Under the pieces are notes generated by a model, which made no database searches, was not told where the DNA came from, and worked only from the letters and a program-made list of their open reading frames with translations. A DNA stretch of 64,000 bases from Octopus vulgaris. Lineage: Eukaryota. Location: the NCBI GenBank assembly GCA_951406725.2, contig OX597817.1:97712001-97776000 (forward strand). The letters run 5' to 3'. Every line of letters starts with the position of its first letter. Position 1 is the first letter of the stretch. Of the stretch, positions 50,215 through 63,566 are shown one piece after another. The position numbers were made by a program, and so were the translations under genes.

Positions 50215-52909
50215 TGAAACGAACTTAGTGAGTGATGTGAACATCTGATCTTGTACTTTCGGGGTACAAGAAAGCAATCACTCACTAGCCGTTGCTTTAA
50301 TAATCCAGAATTCTACTAGTCAGAAACAACAAGACGCAGACGTGAAATATATATATAACTACTTTATTCTCTTTCTTGGTAACAATAACAATAAGCGTGT
50401 TATCTGATGTCCTTGATTCTGGGCGCGCACCGCTATAAGTTAATAGATTGTAATATTTACAATGTCCAGCCCAAAAACAGAAACGGATTCAAGATGGCGT
50501 CGAACAGGGAAGTTGAATGTGGTCGGCAACAATTTGGTTTCGGCCGACTGCTGCTATCAACCGGAGAGAATATATGCGTGACCGCCGCCTTCAATCGCTG
50601 GGTCCCAAGTCACCGCTTGCTGCTGCTAGTGGTCAAACGTTCTACGATCCCCCTGCCTTGGCCAGGGTCGTTCTTCCGGTGGTTCGCGCATGCGCGAGAG
50701 GGCCCTTCCTCTCACTTGGTGAAGGCACCAACACGCGCGAAATACAAATGGTCGGTGCGCGAGCGCGCGCCGTTGTAGGATCACTACAGGCTCCCCTCCA
50801 GTGCGTACGCACGAAAGGAAACTTATTGTAGTGACTGCAAAACTCAAGGTGGACACCAGATAACCAAATAGCACACAATAATATAATGGCAAAATTTATA
50901 ACATACACAAGAAATTTACTAAAGGAAAAAGAGAAAAAAATACTCAATGAGCAAAAATCAAGAGTGCATGCATGAAAGTGTATACGTCACAAAGTATAGA
51001 ACCTTCCGCTGTAGGAAGCGGAAGAAAAGGCAGAACTCACAGTTATTGAACCTAGGCGAAATTAAAATCCAACTTCTCTAAAGGTAGTTGATCCTGCGAA
51101 ATAGCAGTTAAATCAATTGCTGCAGGAGAGGAAATGGAATTGGCAGAAGCTCGCTAGTAACACAAAAGGCAAAAGTGCAAACATGCTGGTGTGATGCGCG
51201 ACACAGATAATTTTCTGTTAATTACGTGACCAAACAGTGGTCTAACAGGGAAAAATAATTACGCCTATAAATCGGCGCAGCGCATGTGAACATCCGATCT
51301 ATGAGTCGGGAAAAGAATTAGGCTAACGCACGTGTTGCAAAAACAAGGCAAGTACACGTGCGAAGCAAAAAACGCATGAAATGCAATGGTGCTTGCCAGA
51401 CCGAAAAACAGCAAATGAATATGCCAGTGGTTAAGCGATTATATGCTTCGTTCGTATAGGAACAAAAGTATGACATGCTGGCGCGTTATAATGGACAAAC
51501 AACCCTCTCTATGTATACGTGACCGCTAGGGTCTATAGAAATGAGGGGTGTCCACAAAAGGCAAATTTAGCATGGAACAAACAAGCGAGAAAAGCATGTG
51601 TGACATATGTATGTGAGAGAGAGCATTTATGTGTGTGTACGTGTGTGCGACAGAAATACATACAAGGTGAATGCGAGCAAAAATATAAAAGAATATACAG
51701 CGCATAGAAAAAATGTCTCTCGGGCTATTCCAGACAATGGAATTAGTTTACCAGTCTATAATAGCCTGATGTACAATAGCAGTTCGTTCTGTAACAGAAA
51801 TGTTGAAATCACAAAATGCAGATGCCGGTTGAACACATATCGTGTAACAGTTGTGGCTTCGATGCTGTGACAGGTTAACTGGAACAGAAGAATCTCGTAG
51901 ATAGACGGTGCTGTGAATCCTTGGTGTGCATATGCACAATACAGCGTGCACACTAAAGTTCCGCGAGATGCTATGTACATCTTGTGGAGGTCGACGGTGT
52001 TGAAAGGCGACGTTGGTGGTGGAAGGCGACTGTAGTGGACTTGGGACAACATCGTTCTTAGTGATGATGGCGACGAAGATAGCGACGACGTGAAGTAGAC
52101 AGACGACGATGATGATGACGAAGGTGGAGAAAAGGCATCGATGATGTGATGGCGTTCGTCATCATGGCTGTAGAATAAGAAAGAGGCTCCTTCTACAACT
52201 GTTTGTGGTGGCCGGAAACAAATCGTCGAAAGTTGAATGCGTAGAGTTAAATCGTGTTCCGACTTCGCAGAAAAACTGGATTTTTTTTTGTTGTTCAGTG
52301 ATCTCTGGTTTTAGACCAGAATCACGTCGGGGTCACCACTGTAACGAGCTTAGTGTGAATGTGAATATCCTAGTGCACTTTTGGGGTGCACAAAGCAATC
52401 ACTCACTCGTTCGTTAATAATAATCCATTATCTCTGCCTGTCAGAAACAACAAGACGCAGACGTGAAATATATATATAACTACTTTATTCTCTTTCTTGG
52501 TAACAATAACAATAAGCGTGTTATCTGATGTCCTTGATTCTGGGCGCGCACCGCTATAAGTTAATAGATTGTAATATTTACAATGTCCAGCCCAAAAACA
52601 GAAACGGATTCAAGATGGCGTCGAACAGGGAAGTTGAATGTGGTCGGCAACAATTTGGTTTCGGCCGACTGCTGCTATCAACCGGAGAGAATATATGCGT
52701 GACCGCCGCCTTCAATCGCTGGGTCCCAAGTCACCGCTTGCTGCTGCTAGTGGTCAAACGTTCTACGATCCCCCTGCCTTGGCCAGGGTCGTTCTTCCGG
52801 TGGTTCGCGCATGCGCGAGAGGGCCCTTCCTCTCACTTGGTGAAGGCACCAACACGCGCGAAATACAAATGGTCGGTGCGCGAGCGCGCGCCGTTGTAGG
52901 ATCACTACA
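50215..52909 (-). mobile_element. Complete non-autonomous non-coding LTR element; LTRs 52340-52909 (5') and 50215-50788 (3')
   Basis: 4-bp TSD aagc (50211-50214 / 52910-52913); tRNA-Trp PBS TGGTGACCCCGACGTGATT 52320-52338; PPT ggaggggag next to 50789. Confidence 0.93.
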
Positions 52910-52971
52910 AAGCAAAGCTATCAACTCGACATATATGGGATCATATGACTGTTCGTTAATATCTGTAAAAT

Positions 52972-53060
52972 TAAGGCAGCGAGCAGGCGAAATGCTTAGT
53001 AGCATTTCATCTGTCTTTATGTTCTGAGTTCAAATTCTGCCGAGGTCGACTCTGCCTTTC
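52972..53060 (+). mobile_element. Fragment of a second tRNA-SINE family
   Basis: ggcgaaatgcttag...gttctgagttcaaattctgccgaggtcgac, with B-box. Confidence 0.7.
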
Positions 53061-53099
53061 ACACACACACATTATCTTTCGTATACATGTACATAAATT

Positions 53100-53184
53100 G
53101 GTAGAGGTAAAGAATATGTACACCACCCATTTTCGGTGTAACCCTAACCCTAAATATCGGGTGTGCATATTTTTTACCTTTGCC
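53100..53184. mobile_element. Tiny TIR element with CCCTAA core (second copy)
   Basis: aggtaaagaatatgtacacc / ggtgtgcatattttttacct arms around taaccctaacccta. Confidence 0.65.
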
Positions 53185-54112
53185 CATAAATACATATACA
53201 TACATCTTTTTTGTGTGTATGAGAGAGATAGAGTGTGTGTAACTGTATTTCCTCATAACATATAGAGAAAAGGATGTCTTTTAATGCAATTTATTTTGGT
53301 TGTGGCTTATTTTAATACAATATTTATGTGTACAATTTCATAAATGCTTGTCTGAGTAGAATTCTACGCATGCATGGCACATTGGACAAAAGTGAAACTT
53401 TAGAAGCAAATCGAAATATTGTCCGAAAATGACCTCAAAACTGTTCAACCCAACCTAGTTGCCAAAGGTTATTTTAGTTGTAAAAAATGAGTTGTTGAGT
53501 CAAAAACATAGTTTATTTGGTAGATAGATAATAAGCAGCTTTCTTTATTATAATACAGATGTGACTAATTCAGAAAAACATTATTTTCATTATACACACG
53601 TCATCACTCTCATAATCCAACACTTTGTAATTTTGGTTCAAATTGAAAGTGTGAAACTATTTTCACTTTCTAATGAAACCTGGTCATTGTAGAGAAGTGT
53701 ATTTCAAATAACTATAGCTGGTTGTTGAGATAACTTAGAAAATATGTAATTGAAAATAAAGTTTATTTGATATGTATAATTGGTTTGATTTTTCTGGTCT
53801 TGGTAAGAATAGAAGTCATTTGACGACACCTTTTTTTTGTAATTGGCTCTCCTGTTGCAGGTTCAATTCGTGAAAAGTTGAAATGATACCTATCTTGTCC
53901 ATTCCACAGAATAAGAGTATACTGGAGAGCATCATAAGAAGGATGTGTCTGTTAAACACGTTTAAGGTTGTTATCTCGAACATGAATGAGAATATCATGA
54001 TTTTCATGGGAATCACCAACCATAAGGATGGCTACTTCATTAGATATGAGCTCATTAAAACAGCGTAAAATGTTCTTTCCTATAGATGTAATGAACGCAG
54101 AAACACACACAC

Positions 54113-55866
54113 TCACAGAGAAGGACAAGTACGGACATCACGGATGGCCTGGAACCTCTTCAGAAGAAGGATTGCAAAGGTTTTGGCAGCCACATTGATC
54201 AAGCTGATGCCTCTGTAGTTGGAACACATCTTTCTATCACTTTTTTTGAAGAAAGGTAAAAGAGTTGCCTCGCTCCAGTCATCAGGAAAATGCTCCGTCA
54301 CCCACACAGCGCAGAAGACACGTTGGAGCCAAGCTACGAAGACATCGGCTTAGCCTTGTAGATCTCAGCTGGGACATCGTCTTCACCCGGGGCCTTGTTG
54401 TTCCGGAGATTTTTCGGGATACTGCACACCTCCTCGACCGTTGGAAGGGCAGTGTTGCACCTGTACTCTTCTCAAGGCGGCTGTGCATCGGTTGTTGTAG
54501 ATGGAGGCAGGTGATTGAGCAGCTCAGAGAAGTGGTCCCGCCATCGGCCCAGCCAGTCACTGAGGTTGGTAATGACTATGCCGTACTGATCACAGATCAT
54601 CTCGCTGACACCCGGATTGCTTCAGCTGGCCTGCTTCACCAGTTGGTAAAGCTTGTGTGAGTTGCCACACGTGGATGCTCTCTCCGTCCACTCCACAAAT
54701 GCACGTCAGTGCGCATTTCTATCGGCCTGGATGGCCTGAGAGGCTTGACGTCGAAGAGTTCAGAGATTTGGAGCCCCTTCAAGCCGAACCACTCTCAACC
54801 TCTCCCCGAGTTCAAGAGTGTCGCCGGAGATCCAGTCCCTATGACGGCGGCGAGTAGACCCGAGATGTTTTTGGGCCGCCTCAACCGTTGCCTCCTTCAG
54901 CGCGCACCACTCCTGCTCTGGCCACTGTTCCACCACGTCACCAAGCAACTGGAATCGGTTCTGAAGCTCCAACCGGAAACCATCACCAGCATCAAGTTTG
55001 AGTTGCGAAATGTCAATTCTCTTCTTGCGGCTAGGAGAATGCTTCGCCTGCAGCCGCAAACGAAAGGTTGCTCGAACAAGAGTATGGTCTGACCCATGTT
55101 TGCTGCCCGTATCAGACCCGTGATACGCATGAGAGTCCACCACTGAGCTAGCCCAGCTGGACCTGACCAGTATGTAGTCGATCTGATTGGCTGTTCTCCC
55201 GTCATTGGACTGCCAAGTGACGAGGTAGCGTGAAGGATGTTGGAACTGGGTGTTGGTAACGATGAGACGATTGGCATTCATGCAGTACTTGTGCAAAGCC
55301 TTCATTGTTAGCGCCTGGACACCGTTGTTGTGAAGGGTTCTGACGTTCCAGCATGCTACCTTCAGCTCTGTCCTACGTTTAAGGAGTGGGACTACTCCAG
55401 AAGTAGTTTGAAGAGCCATAGCAGTTTGAGAGTTGTTGATTGGTTGCAAGTTTGTAGTAGGTAGATAGTTCGTATTTATTGCCATGGTAGTAGTAGGTTT
55501 CATAGAAGAAGTTTCGTGGAAATATTGAATTCACAAGCTGTCCCTGACATCCCGCATGCATATCCCGAGTGATGGGACGCCCTGTTTGCTGCGGAGTCTC
55601 CACAGACACAGGGACAGAACGACCTCGAAGCCGCCGGTTGCCGATCAGACGCCTCTTGGAATTTTCACCAGTTGGCCAGGCTGTGGCCCTAATACCAATC
55701 CGCCTTAGGTGGCCCTACCAGGAACCGAAGTTCTCGACGGCATAACTCTGACACTGCCCTTTTACACCACCCTACCGCTTTGAGGAAGGGTTGGACTTTA
55801 GGGCAATGGCTGCCGCGAGTTCTCATCCAATATGGCGCTGACTGCTTGTGCCGCTACACCTGTTTA
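54113..55866 (-). mobile_element. RTE-clade LINE 5' part (5'UTR, EN, start of RT) with internal deletions
   Basis: LKVACWNVRTL, QIDYILV, SDH, NYRGISL; RTE-type 5'UTR motif gagttatgcc...cctggtagggccacc. Confidence 0.85.
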
Positions 55867-56274
55867 TTTTTCATAGAAAGGCAATAAAATGAAATTAGTT
55901 GAAACTGAAAATATTTATTACAACGTTAAATAAGGTAAAATAATTTTGTACTATTTGATTAATGGAATTTATAATCCATATGAAACAAAAAAGTTTTAAT
56001 AAGAAAACATATAGATAGAAAAGAGAACACTTTTTCTAAAAATAGAAGTAAAATAAAACTAGCAAAACTAAGCTAAACAGCAGCAACCAAAAACGTTTAT
56101 ATATCACCACCATTACTATAGGTATTATTACAAGATGCCACTGAAAGCTTTTTACATTTTCACAAGTTAAATTCAACCTTCGATCTGAAAGCAGATGTTT
56201 TAGTCTTGAAAAAGACTTTTCAATTTGTACAACAAACTGATTCTAAACCATCTCATCCTTTTTGTTGAACCTTT

Positions 56275-57487
56275 GCTCTGAAAGAACCAAAATGGATTCA
56301 GACATGGGCGCTCAACATTGAACTAGATACTATGCCTACGCAGACTTATTGAAGAATCAAAAGCATTTAATCGCGATCTTGCAATGGTATTTGTAGACTT
56401 TTCTAAAGCGTTTGACTCTGTAGAAAGGTACAAGATGTTTGAAATCCTTAAGCTCTATGGGATTCCAGACAAAATCATTTCTGCCATCAAGGTCCTTTAC
56501 ACAGATATGACTTCAACCATCTTAACCCCTGATGGAGAAACATCATCTTTCTCAATCAAAGTTGGAATACTGCAGGGAGACACACTCGCCCCATTTCTCT
56601 TCATCATTGTCGTTGACTATGTGCTACGTATGTCAGTTGATACCATTTCTGGCAAGGGCTTTGAAATAAAACCTAGAAGAAGTTCCAGACACCCAGCTGA
56701 ATATTTGACAGACACTGACTTTGCTGACGACATCGCTCTTATCAGTGATTTTCTCTCCAATGCCCAGTCTCTTTTACAATCTCTTGAACAAGCCTCAAAT
56801 TGTGTAGGTCTTTACCTCAATGAGGCCAAGACTGAATATGTAAACAAGTGCCTGTCCAACAGTGATTTCATCATCCATACTCTCAACAATACGCCCTTAA
56901 ATATGGTTTCTGATTACAAATATCTTGGGTCATACATATCATCATCTGGAAAAGATTTTCTAACTAGAAAGGGTATGGCCTGGTCAGCCAGTAATGATAT
57001 GCATAAGATCTGGTCATCAAATCTAAGTAGAGATTTCAAACTCAAAATCTTCAAAGCCACAGTTGAACCAATTCTACTATATGGCTCGGAAACCTGGACA
57101 TTATCAAAGAAGCTTGAGAGGTGGTTGGATGGAACTTACACTTGCCTCCGTATGCAAGCTCAAAATCTCTTGTGGAAGCATCATCCAACCAAAGTACAAA
57201 TATATGGGAAACTACCACCTGTATCATCTCTTGTGAAAGATAGGAGAGTCCAGTTTTCTGGACATTGTTGTAGAGCTGAAAACAAGGCAATTTCTACTCT
57301 TCTCCTCTGGAAGCCATCTACTCGCGATATCAGAGGATGCACACTCTCCTACCCTGATGTAATCTCCAGGGATACAGGCATCCAGCAACAGGACCTCCGT
57401 AATGCCATGATGGACCGTGAAGTCTGACGTAGCATAGTAAATTCCATTGTCTCGACCACGGTCGAACAATGATGATGATGATGATGG
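56275..57487 (+). mobile_element. RTE-clade LINE 3' part with (GAT)n tail
   Basis: ORF 56384-57427: FVDFSKAFDS, QGDTLAP, FADD, YKYLGS, LLYGSETW. Confidence 0.92.
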
Positions 57488-57828
57488 TGTGTTTGTATCA
57501 TGACTCTATTCAGAAGGCTGTAATATTATTTGATAGGAACACGGTTCAAAGAAATACATAAAACAAAGCTGTAACTTTAAATGCTTTTAATGTCAGCCAC
57601 ACGTATATATACAAGTTGAATGATAAATGGAAATGGCTTGATGTGTGGAGGCCATGCTCCTCTCCTGTATGTTACCTCCTGTCTGCTAGTTGCCGCATGT
57701 GTTGTGAGAGAGCCAACAAGATTATGTCTTTATGGTCTGATATCTTGATGAAGAAAGAGAAAGTTGCAAGGCCTCGTGTCAGAATATCACGCTCTAGTGC
57801 CATGTAGTGCCAGTTTGTTTAAACCCGC

Positions 57829-60800
57829 TGTTACACATTCATATCTATGTGTATGCGTAGGTTTACATATATATTAATACATCCCCACTATTAGTACTAT
57901 TTTGTTAAGCACATCTAGTAATCAGTATGAACTGTGTCTAAGTGGATACTCACAGTGTGTATTACTCCGCTATACATATGCAGTTTGTAAACGTGCCAAG
58001 TAAATAAACACGTAGAATCATAATAACACCTTCAATGAGTTGTTTATCATCCCAACTCAATAAATACTTAATTGAAAACCGTGCCTTTTACAACAAAACA
58101 GGAACACAACAAACCTAAAATTTAACAAACTGAATATCGCTTCGTCTTCGGACACATACACAAGGATCCAAAATGGTGGCCCCTGTTGCCATACAGATGA
58201 ATCTACATCCGACCATGAACTGGGACGCTGATGATATCATGGAAGCATTCAAGAAATTCAAACAGAAAACTCAGCTGGCTTTCAAAAGCTTCCTGAAAGG
58301 TACAACCACCGATGAAAAGGTAAGCTACATCCTTTTATGTACGGGAGAGAAGGGCCTAGACCTATTCAATAGTTGGGACATTCAGAATCGGATTGCAATA
58401 ATCCAGACACACTTTTAGAGAAATTTGAAAGGCACCTAGATCCCAGATCAAACCATAGAATTCATAGGTATGAATTCCAGGGCCTGAAACAAGACCCACA
58501 AGAAACAATTGACAACTTCCTGTCCAGAATAAAGAATGTTGCCGAAAAATGCAAATTCAAAAACAAGGATGAAAGGATTGTTGATCAACTCATATGGGAG
58601 TGTGCTCATAAAGAAGTCCAGAAATTCCTCATAGGTAAGGACGCTCTCCAGTTGATAGAAGCAGTAGACACTGCAAGAGCATTCAAAGCCACTACCAAAC
58701 AAATGGCCTCACTTACTTTACAAACAAACATAATAGGCAGCAGTGTAGATTGTATCTAGATATAGGACGAAACATACCCACAAACAGAGAACATACCAGT
58801 ACTGTGGTACAGAGCATGAGTTCAATGACTGAATGAAATGTCCTGCAAAGCATTTGGAAAGCCCAACCAGTGGAAAACAAAATCTTACAAATACAAGCCC
58901 CAATTTTCAAAGAGAAGACAAAGAGATATACATGTCCAACAACAGGAAGAAAACACCTCAGTGGAGGAATTCTTGGGAGTCAGCAGATAGGAAATGACAA
59001 CCAGAAAAAAAAATGAGGCATACACAACAAATCCAAAAGAAGTCAGGCAAGAAACGAATAAACATTGACTTATTGCTAAAGATTGACACTGGAGCCTAGA
59101 GTGATATCTTGCCTGTTAACCACTACAAAAAGATGTTCCCAGAACACATGACACAAGAGGACAAAGTCAAAGAAGAAATCATCACACCAAGTGATGTAAT
59201 CCTCACTGCATACAGAGGTACCAGGATTCCACAACTGGGCAAAACTACAATCACAGGGACACACAAAGGAAAAACAATCAAGTGTTCTTTTTATGTCACA
59301 AGAACAGAAGGACCTGCAATTCTCGGACCAAACTGTCAAGAGCTTAATATTGTGTCAATCAATGGTGAAGTGAAGGCAGCTTCAAACAGGATTGACAGAG
59401 GTATGCCTATCAAATACCAACCACCAATCACAAATAAAGAAGAACTGATAAGCATGTACCCAGAATGTTTTGACGATATAGTCGGGTGTTTTGAGAAATG
59501 TTGATACCATAAAACAGTCGACCCCAATGCCAAACCAATTGTTCACCCACCTTGCCGCATTCTGCTGGAATTAAAAGAGAAGCTGAAGGCAGAGTTGGAC
59601 AGAATGGAAAAAAAAATTTAATCAGCAAAATGACACAGCCAACCGACTGGGTGAATTCAATTATAATCAAAGAAAAGCCTAATGGTACCCTATGAATATG
59701 CCTTGACCCCAGGAATCTGAACAAGGCATTAAAATGAGATTGCTCTCCAATTCCAACCCTCGAAGAAATCACACCATCATTAGCTGGATCTAAGATATTC
59801 AGAAAACTGGATGCCAGTAATGGGTACTGGAATGTAAAGATTGACAAAGAATCATCGATGCTCACTACCTTCAACACACCATTTGGCAGATACCGATTCA
59901 ACTGACTCCCATTTGGATTGAAGGTGAGCCAAAATGTTTTGCAGTGCCAAATAGATGAGACTTACCAAGGCTGTAAGGGAGCAATTGGAATAGCAGATGA
60001 TATCCAAGTGCATGGCAAGGATGTGATCACACATGACTTCAATTTACATGAAGCTATAGAGAGAACCCAACAAACAGGTATCAAACTCAATGCAGACAAG
60101 TGTGTGATCAAAGCAAAAGAGTACAAATTCTTTGGAATGATTCTGCAGAGGGAGTGAAACCAGACCCCACTAAAGTGGAAGTCACTAGTGACAGTAAAGA
60201 ACCCAAAAATAAGAAGGAACTCAGAAGCTTCCTGGGATTCATCCACTATATGGGAGCCTTCATACCCAAGCTGGCCGATCACACTGCAAATGCCCGAGAA
60301 GATGACGTAGAGTTTGATTGATGTGCTTCACACTCACAGGATTTCAATGCAATCAAAAAGCTCATCAGTAAGGATACAACTCTGCAGTGCTATGATAGAC
60401 GCAAACCAGTAACACTCCAAGTTGACACTTCTATGAGAGGAGTTGGCACAGCATTGATACAAGAAGGTAAACCTATTGCATATGCCTCAAAAGCTCTCTC
60501 ACCCACAGAGACAAGGTATGCAAACATTGAAAGGGAACTCCTGACAGTAGTATATGACTGTGAAAAGTTTCATACATACCTGTATGGCAGACATTTCAAT
60601 ATTGAGTCAGACCATCACCCGCTAGAACAAATACACAGAAAAAAACCTCACAAAAACACCAGCCAGACTGCAAAGTTTACTGTTGAGGCTCCAAAAGTAC
60701 AACTACAATATCAGGTACAAGCCAGGAAAGGACCTGATATTGGCAAATGCTCTTTCCAGACTATCCTCATATGATAAACAGGAGATGGGAGGACTAAGTG

Positions 60801-62561
60801 TAAAGGTCCATCACATTGTAAATGAGACAAATACAAAACTGGAACAAATCAAAGAGGAGACCAGCAAAGATGAAGAACTCCAGCTCCTTACTCAGATGGT
60901 GATTCAGGGGTAGCCAGAGAAGAGATATCAGGTTCAGCCCCTCATTCGTGAATATTGGGTGAGCCATGATGACATATCAGTGAAGAATGGAATCCTGATG
61001 GCTAGATCCCGAATAATTATACCCAAATCAATGCAAAAAGAGATTCTTGACAAGATCCACCAAGGGCATCTAGGAATGGAGAAATGCAAGCTCCGAGCCA
61101 AGTCAGCAGTATATTGGGTAGGCATATACAAAGACATAGAAAATATAGTTTCTACATGCCACATCTGTCAAAAGTACAGAAATTCACAACAAAAGGAGGA
61201 AATGATATCCAGTGACATCCCTAGAAGGCCATGGCAAGCTATTGGAGTAGATCTGTTCACAGAAAACCAAGAATGGTACTTGATTATGGTCTGCTACTAC
61301 TCCAAATTCCCATTTGTGAGAAAAGTTAAAGACCTGAGAGTCAAAACAATAACTACAGTGGATCAAGGACTTCTCGCAGAGCAAGGAATACCAAAGCAAA
61401 TCATATGTGACAATGGAACCCAGTTCACATCTCAGGAATTCAAAAGGCTAGCCAATGAGTATGGGTTCAATATTATAACCTCATCTCCACACTACCCCAA
61501 AGGTCATGGATTAATAGAAAGACGGGTGCAAACAGTCAAGAGAACACTAGTCAAATGCTGAGAAACTAAGGAAGACCTAAACCTGGCACTTCTGTCCCTA
61601 CGAGCGACACCACAGAGGGCTGACATGAAATCCCCAGTAGAAATGCTGAATGGCGGGAAATACAAAACCACCCTGCCAACTAAGATCCAACTTCCTATTG
61701 ACCAGGAAGACACAAGGGCAAAGCTAGCAGCCACTCAAGAACAAGCAGAGAAATATTACAACAAACATGCACAATACTTACCTGAGATATTTGGAGGACA
61801 ACATGTGCATACTCAAGATCCTATAACTAAAACATGGATCCCAGCACAAGTTGTCAGTGGAGCTGAAACTCCAAGATCATATATTATAGAAACTGAATCT
61901 GGTAGGCAGCTGAGACGTAACAGGGCCCACATCTGTCCAACATCAAAGCTATTGAGGATAACATGCGCAAGGCCTGCAGCATCAGTGACAACACCAACGA
62001 GAACCACAACACGCACAGCAGATGACAGCACACACAGAATCCGTATTCCACAGAATCATCACCCCGACAGGCACCAACCACCCATCAGCAGCCCAACAAC
62101 ACACCTCAGACATCAGTGATCCACCAGATGGAGACCGAATATTTTACCACCGATTCGATACCGTTAAAAGAAAAAAAATAATAAATAACTATTTCTGTAG
62201 ATAAGGAAGCAGAAAACCACGTATGAGGGCAGAATAATCTCATGATTTCTGCTGCAGGATTGCCACCCTTGCGCTGACAATCCATTAGTGTAAGGGAGAT
62301 TACTTCTATTTTTTTCATTGCCAAAAGATCCTTTTACAAGAAGGGATGTTACACGTATATATGAATACATCCCACTAATATTTTGTTAAGCACATCTAGT
62401 AAACAGTATGAACTGTGTCTAAGGCGGATACGCACAGTGTGTATTACTCCGCTATACATATGCAGTTTGTAAACATGCCAAGTAAATAAACTCGTAGAAT
62501 CATAATAATGCCTTCAATGAGTTGCTTATTATCTTAACACAAAACAAAAGACTACATAACA
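57829..62561 (+). mobile_element. Decayed Gypsy (Mag-like) LTR retrotransposon; LTRs about 57829-58065 and 62347-62561
   Basis: gag, PR (KIDTGA), RT (KLDASNGYW, IADD), RNase H (YANIERELL, SDHHPL), IN (H..HLG, C..C, CDNGTQF, IER); PPT aagaaggga; TSD cccgc / ctcgc. Confidence 0.93.
58173..62119 (+). pseudogene. gag-pol pseudogene
   Basis: Domain order PR-RT-RH-IN, with many stops and frameshifts. Confidence 0.9.
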
Positions 62562-62609
62562 CTCGCTGTCAAGGGAGGTAAATGCGCCTACACCTGTAAT
62601 GTTTTAGCA

Positions 62610-62910
62610 TCTTTTTCATATAAGGTGCAGCATCTGTCATAAATAGTAACACATTGTTATACTTGAAATTATCAGTCCACAGTAATGCTAAAGAAGAAGT
62701 GAATAGATAAGTGATAGTAGATTAGTAGCGGTAAGAAATTCTGATGTTAACAAATCAGTGGTTTCATCAATCGAGTTCCAAATTTGCTTATCTCTGACAG
62801 CTTCCCTGATTTTGTTCATAGTTTCTGCGTAATATTTGTCTACATAGTATTTTCTAAGTGTTGATTCGTTTGGACTACTTTTCACTGCAATAGAACTGTT
62901 CCCATGGTTG
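62610..62910 (-). pseudogene. hAT/CGGBP1-like transposase fragment
   Basis: NESTLRKYYV...IR......IWNSIDETTD and VLLFMTDAAPYM. Confidence 0.7.
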
Positions 62911-63566
62911 AACAATGGTTTTTCTCTGACTGCAGTTTTACATTTTTCAGATGCCTTTAGCTAGGCCGAAATAATGTCTTCATCACTTGACCCTTTCTAA
63001 CCTCTTCTACTTCACCAAAAACTAGAATAGAGATAACAAGACTACCAACTAAATCTATTGTTCTCAGTAATATATCTATCCTTCTGGATCTTTATATAAG
63101 CAAGCACATCCCAAGCAAAAATCAGTTCGTCACTGTCGTGGCGACTCAACGGAGTTAGTCACCAGTTGGTGACAAACTCAGTGAAAACGTAGTCTGGCTG
63201 ACCAGCTAGAACCTTGGTCAGAGGGAGAAATGAAGTTTACTGCCAGCAACTGTCAAACACCCTACAATTCTCTCTAGCTCTAATTCTGTTCTCTTACAAC
63301 ATCATTCTGTCTCTCTCTGTTTACTACTAAACAATGAAGAGGAGACAAATACAAACTTTACTTCGCATGCTTTTGGATTTATCAAAACCTGCCCATCAAG
63401 GCAAGGTATTGTAACGTAACGGTAAATAAATACTTCCTTAAAACTTTATGTATTGTTCATCTTTCACATCCCACAGTAAACAATTATAACCACAAATTAT
63501 TATCGTTACCACTGCCTCCACCGACATTTCATAATAATATTTATCAATCAATTTAAAACCATTACA
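62911..63566 (+). mobile_element. Solo LTR of the 42837-43543 family, 5'-truncated
   Basis: Colinear with 42923-43543; ends aaccattaca. Confidence 0.88.

Noticed and set aside
50407-50778. Duplicated 123-aa ORF (also 52528-52899)
   Set aside because: Antisense within identical LTRs; no domain recognised
52320-52338. tRNA-Trp 3' end match
   Set aside because: Only 19 nt including CCA, adjacent to an LTR: a primer-binding site, not a tRNA gene
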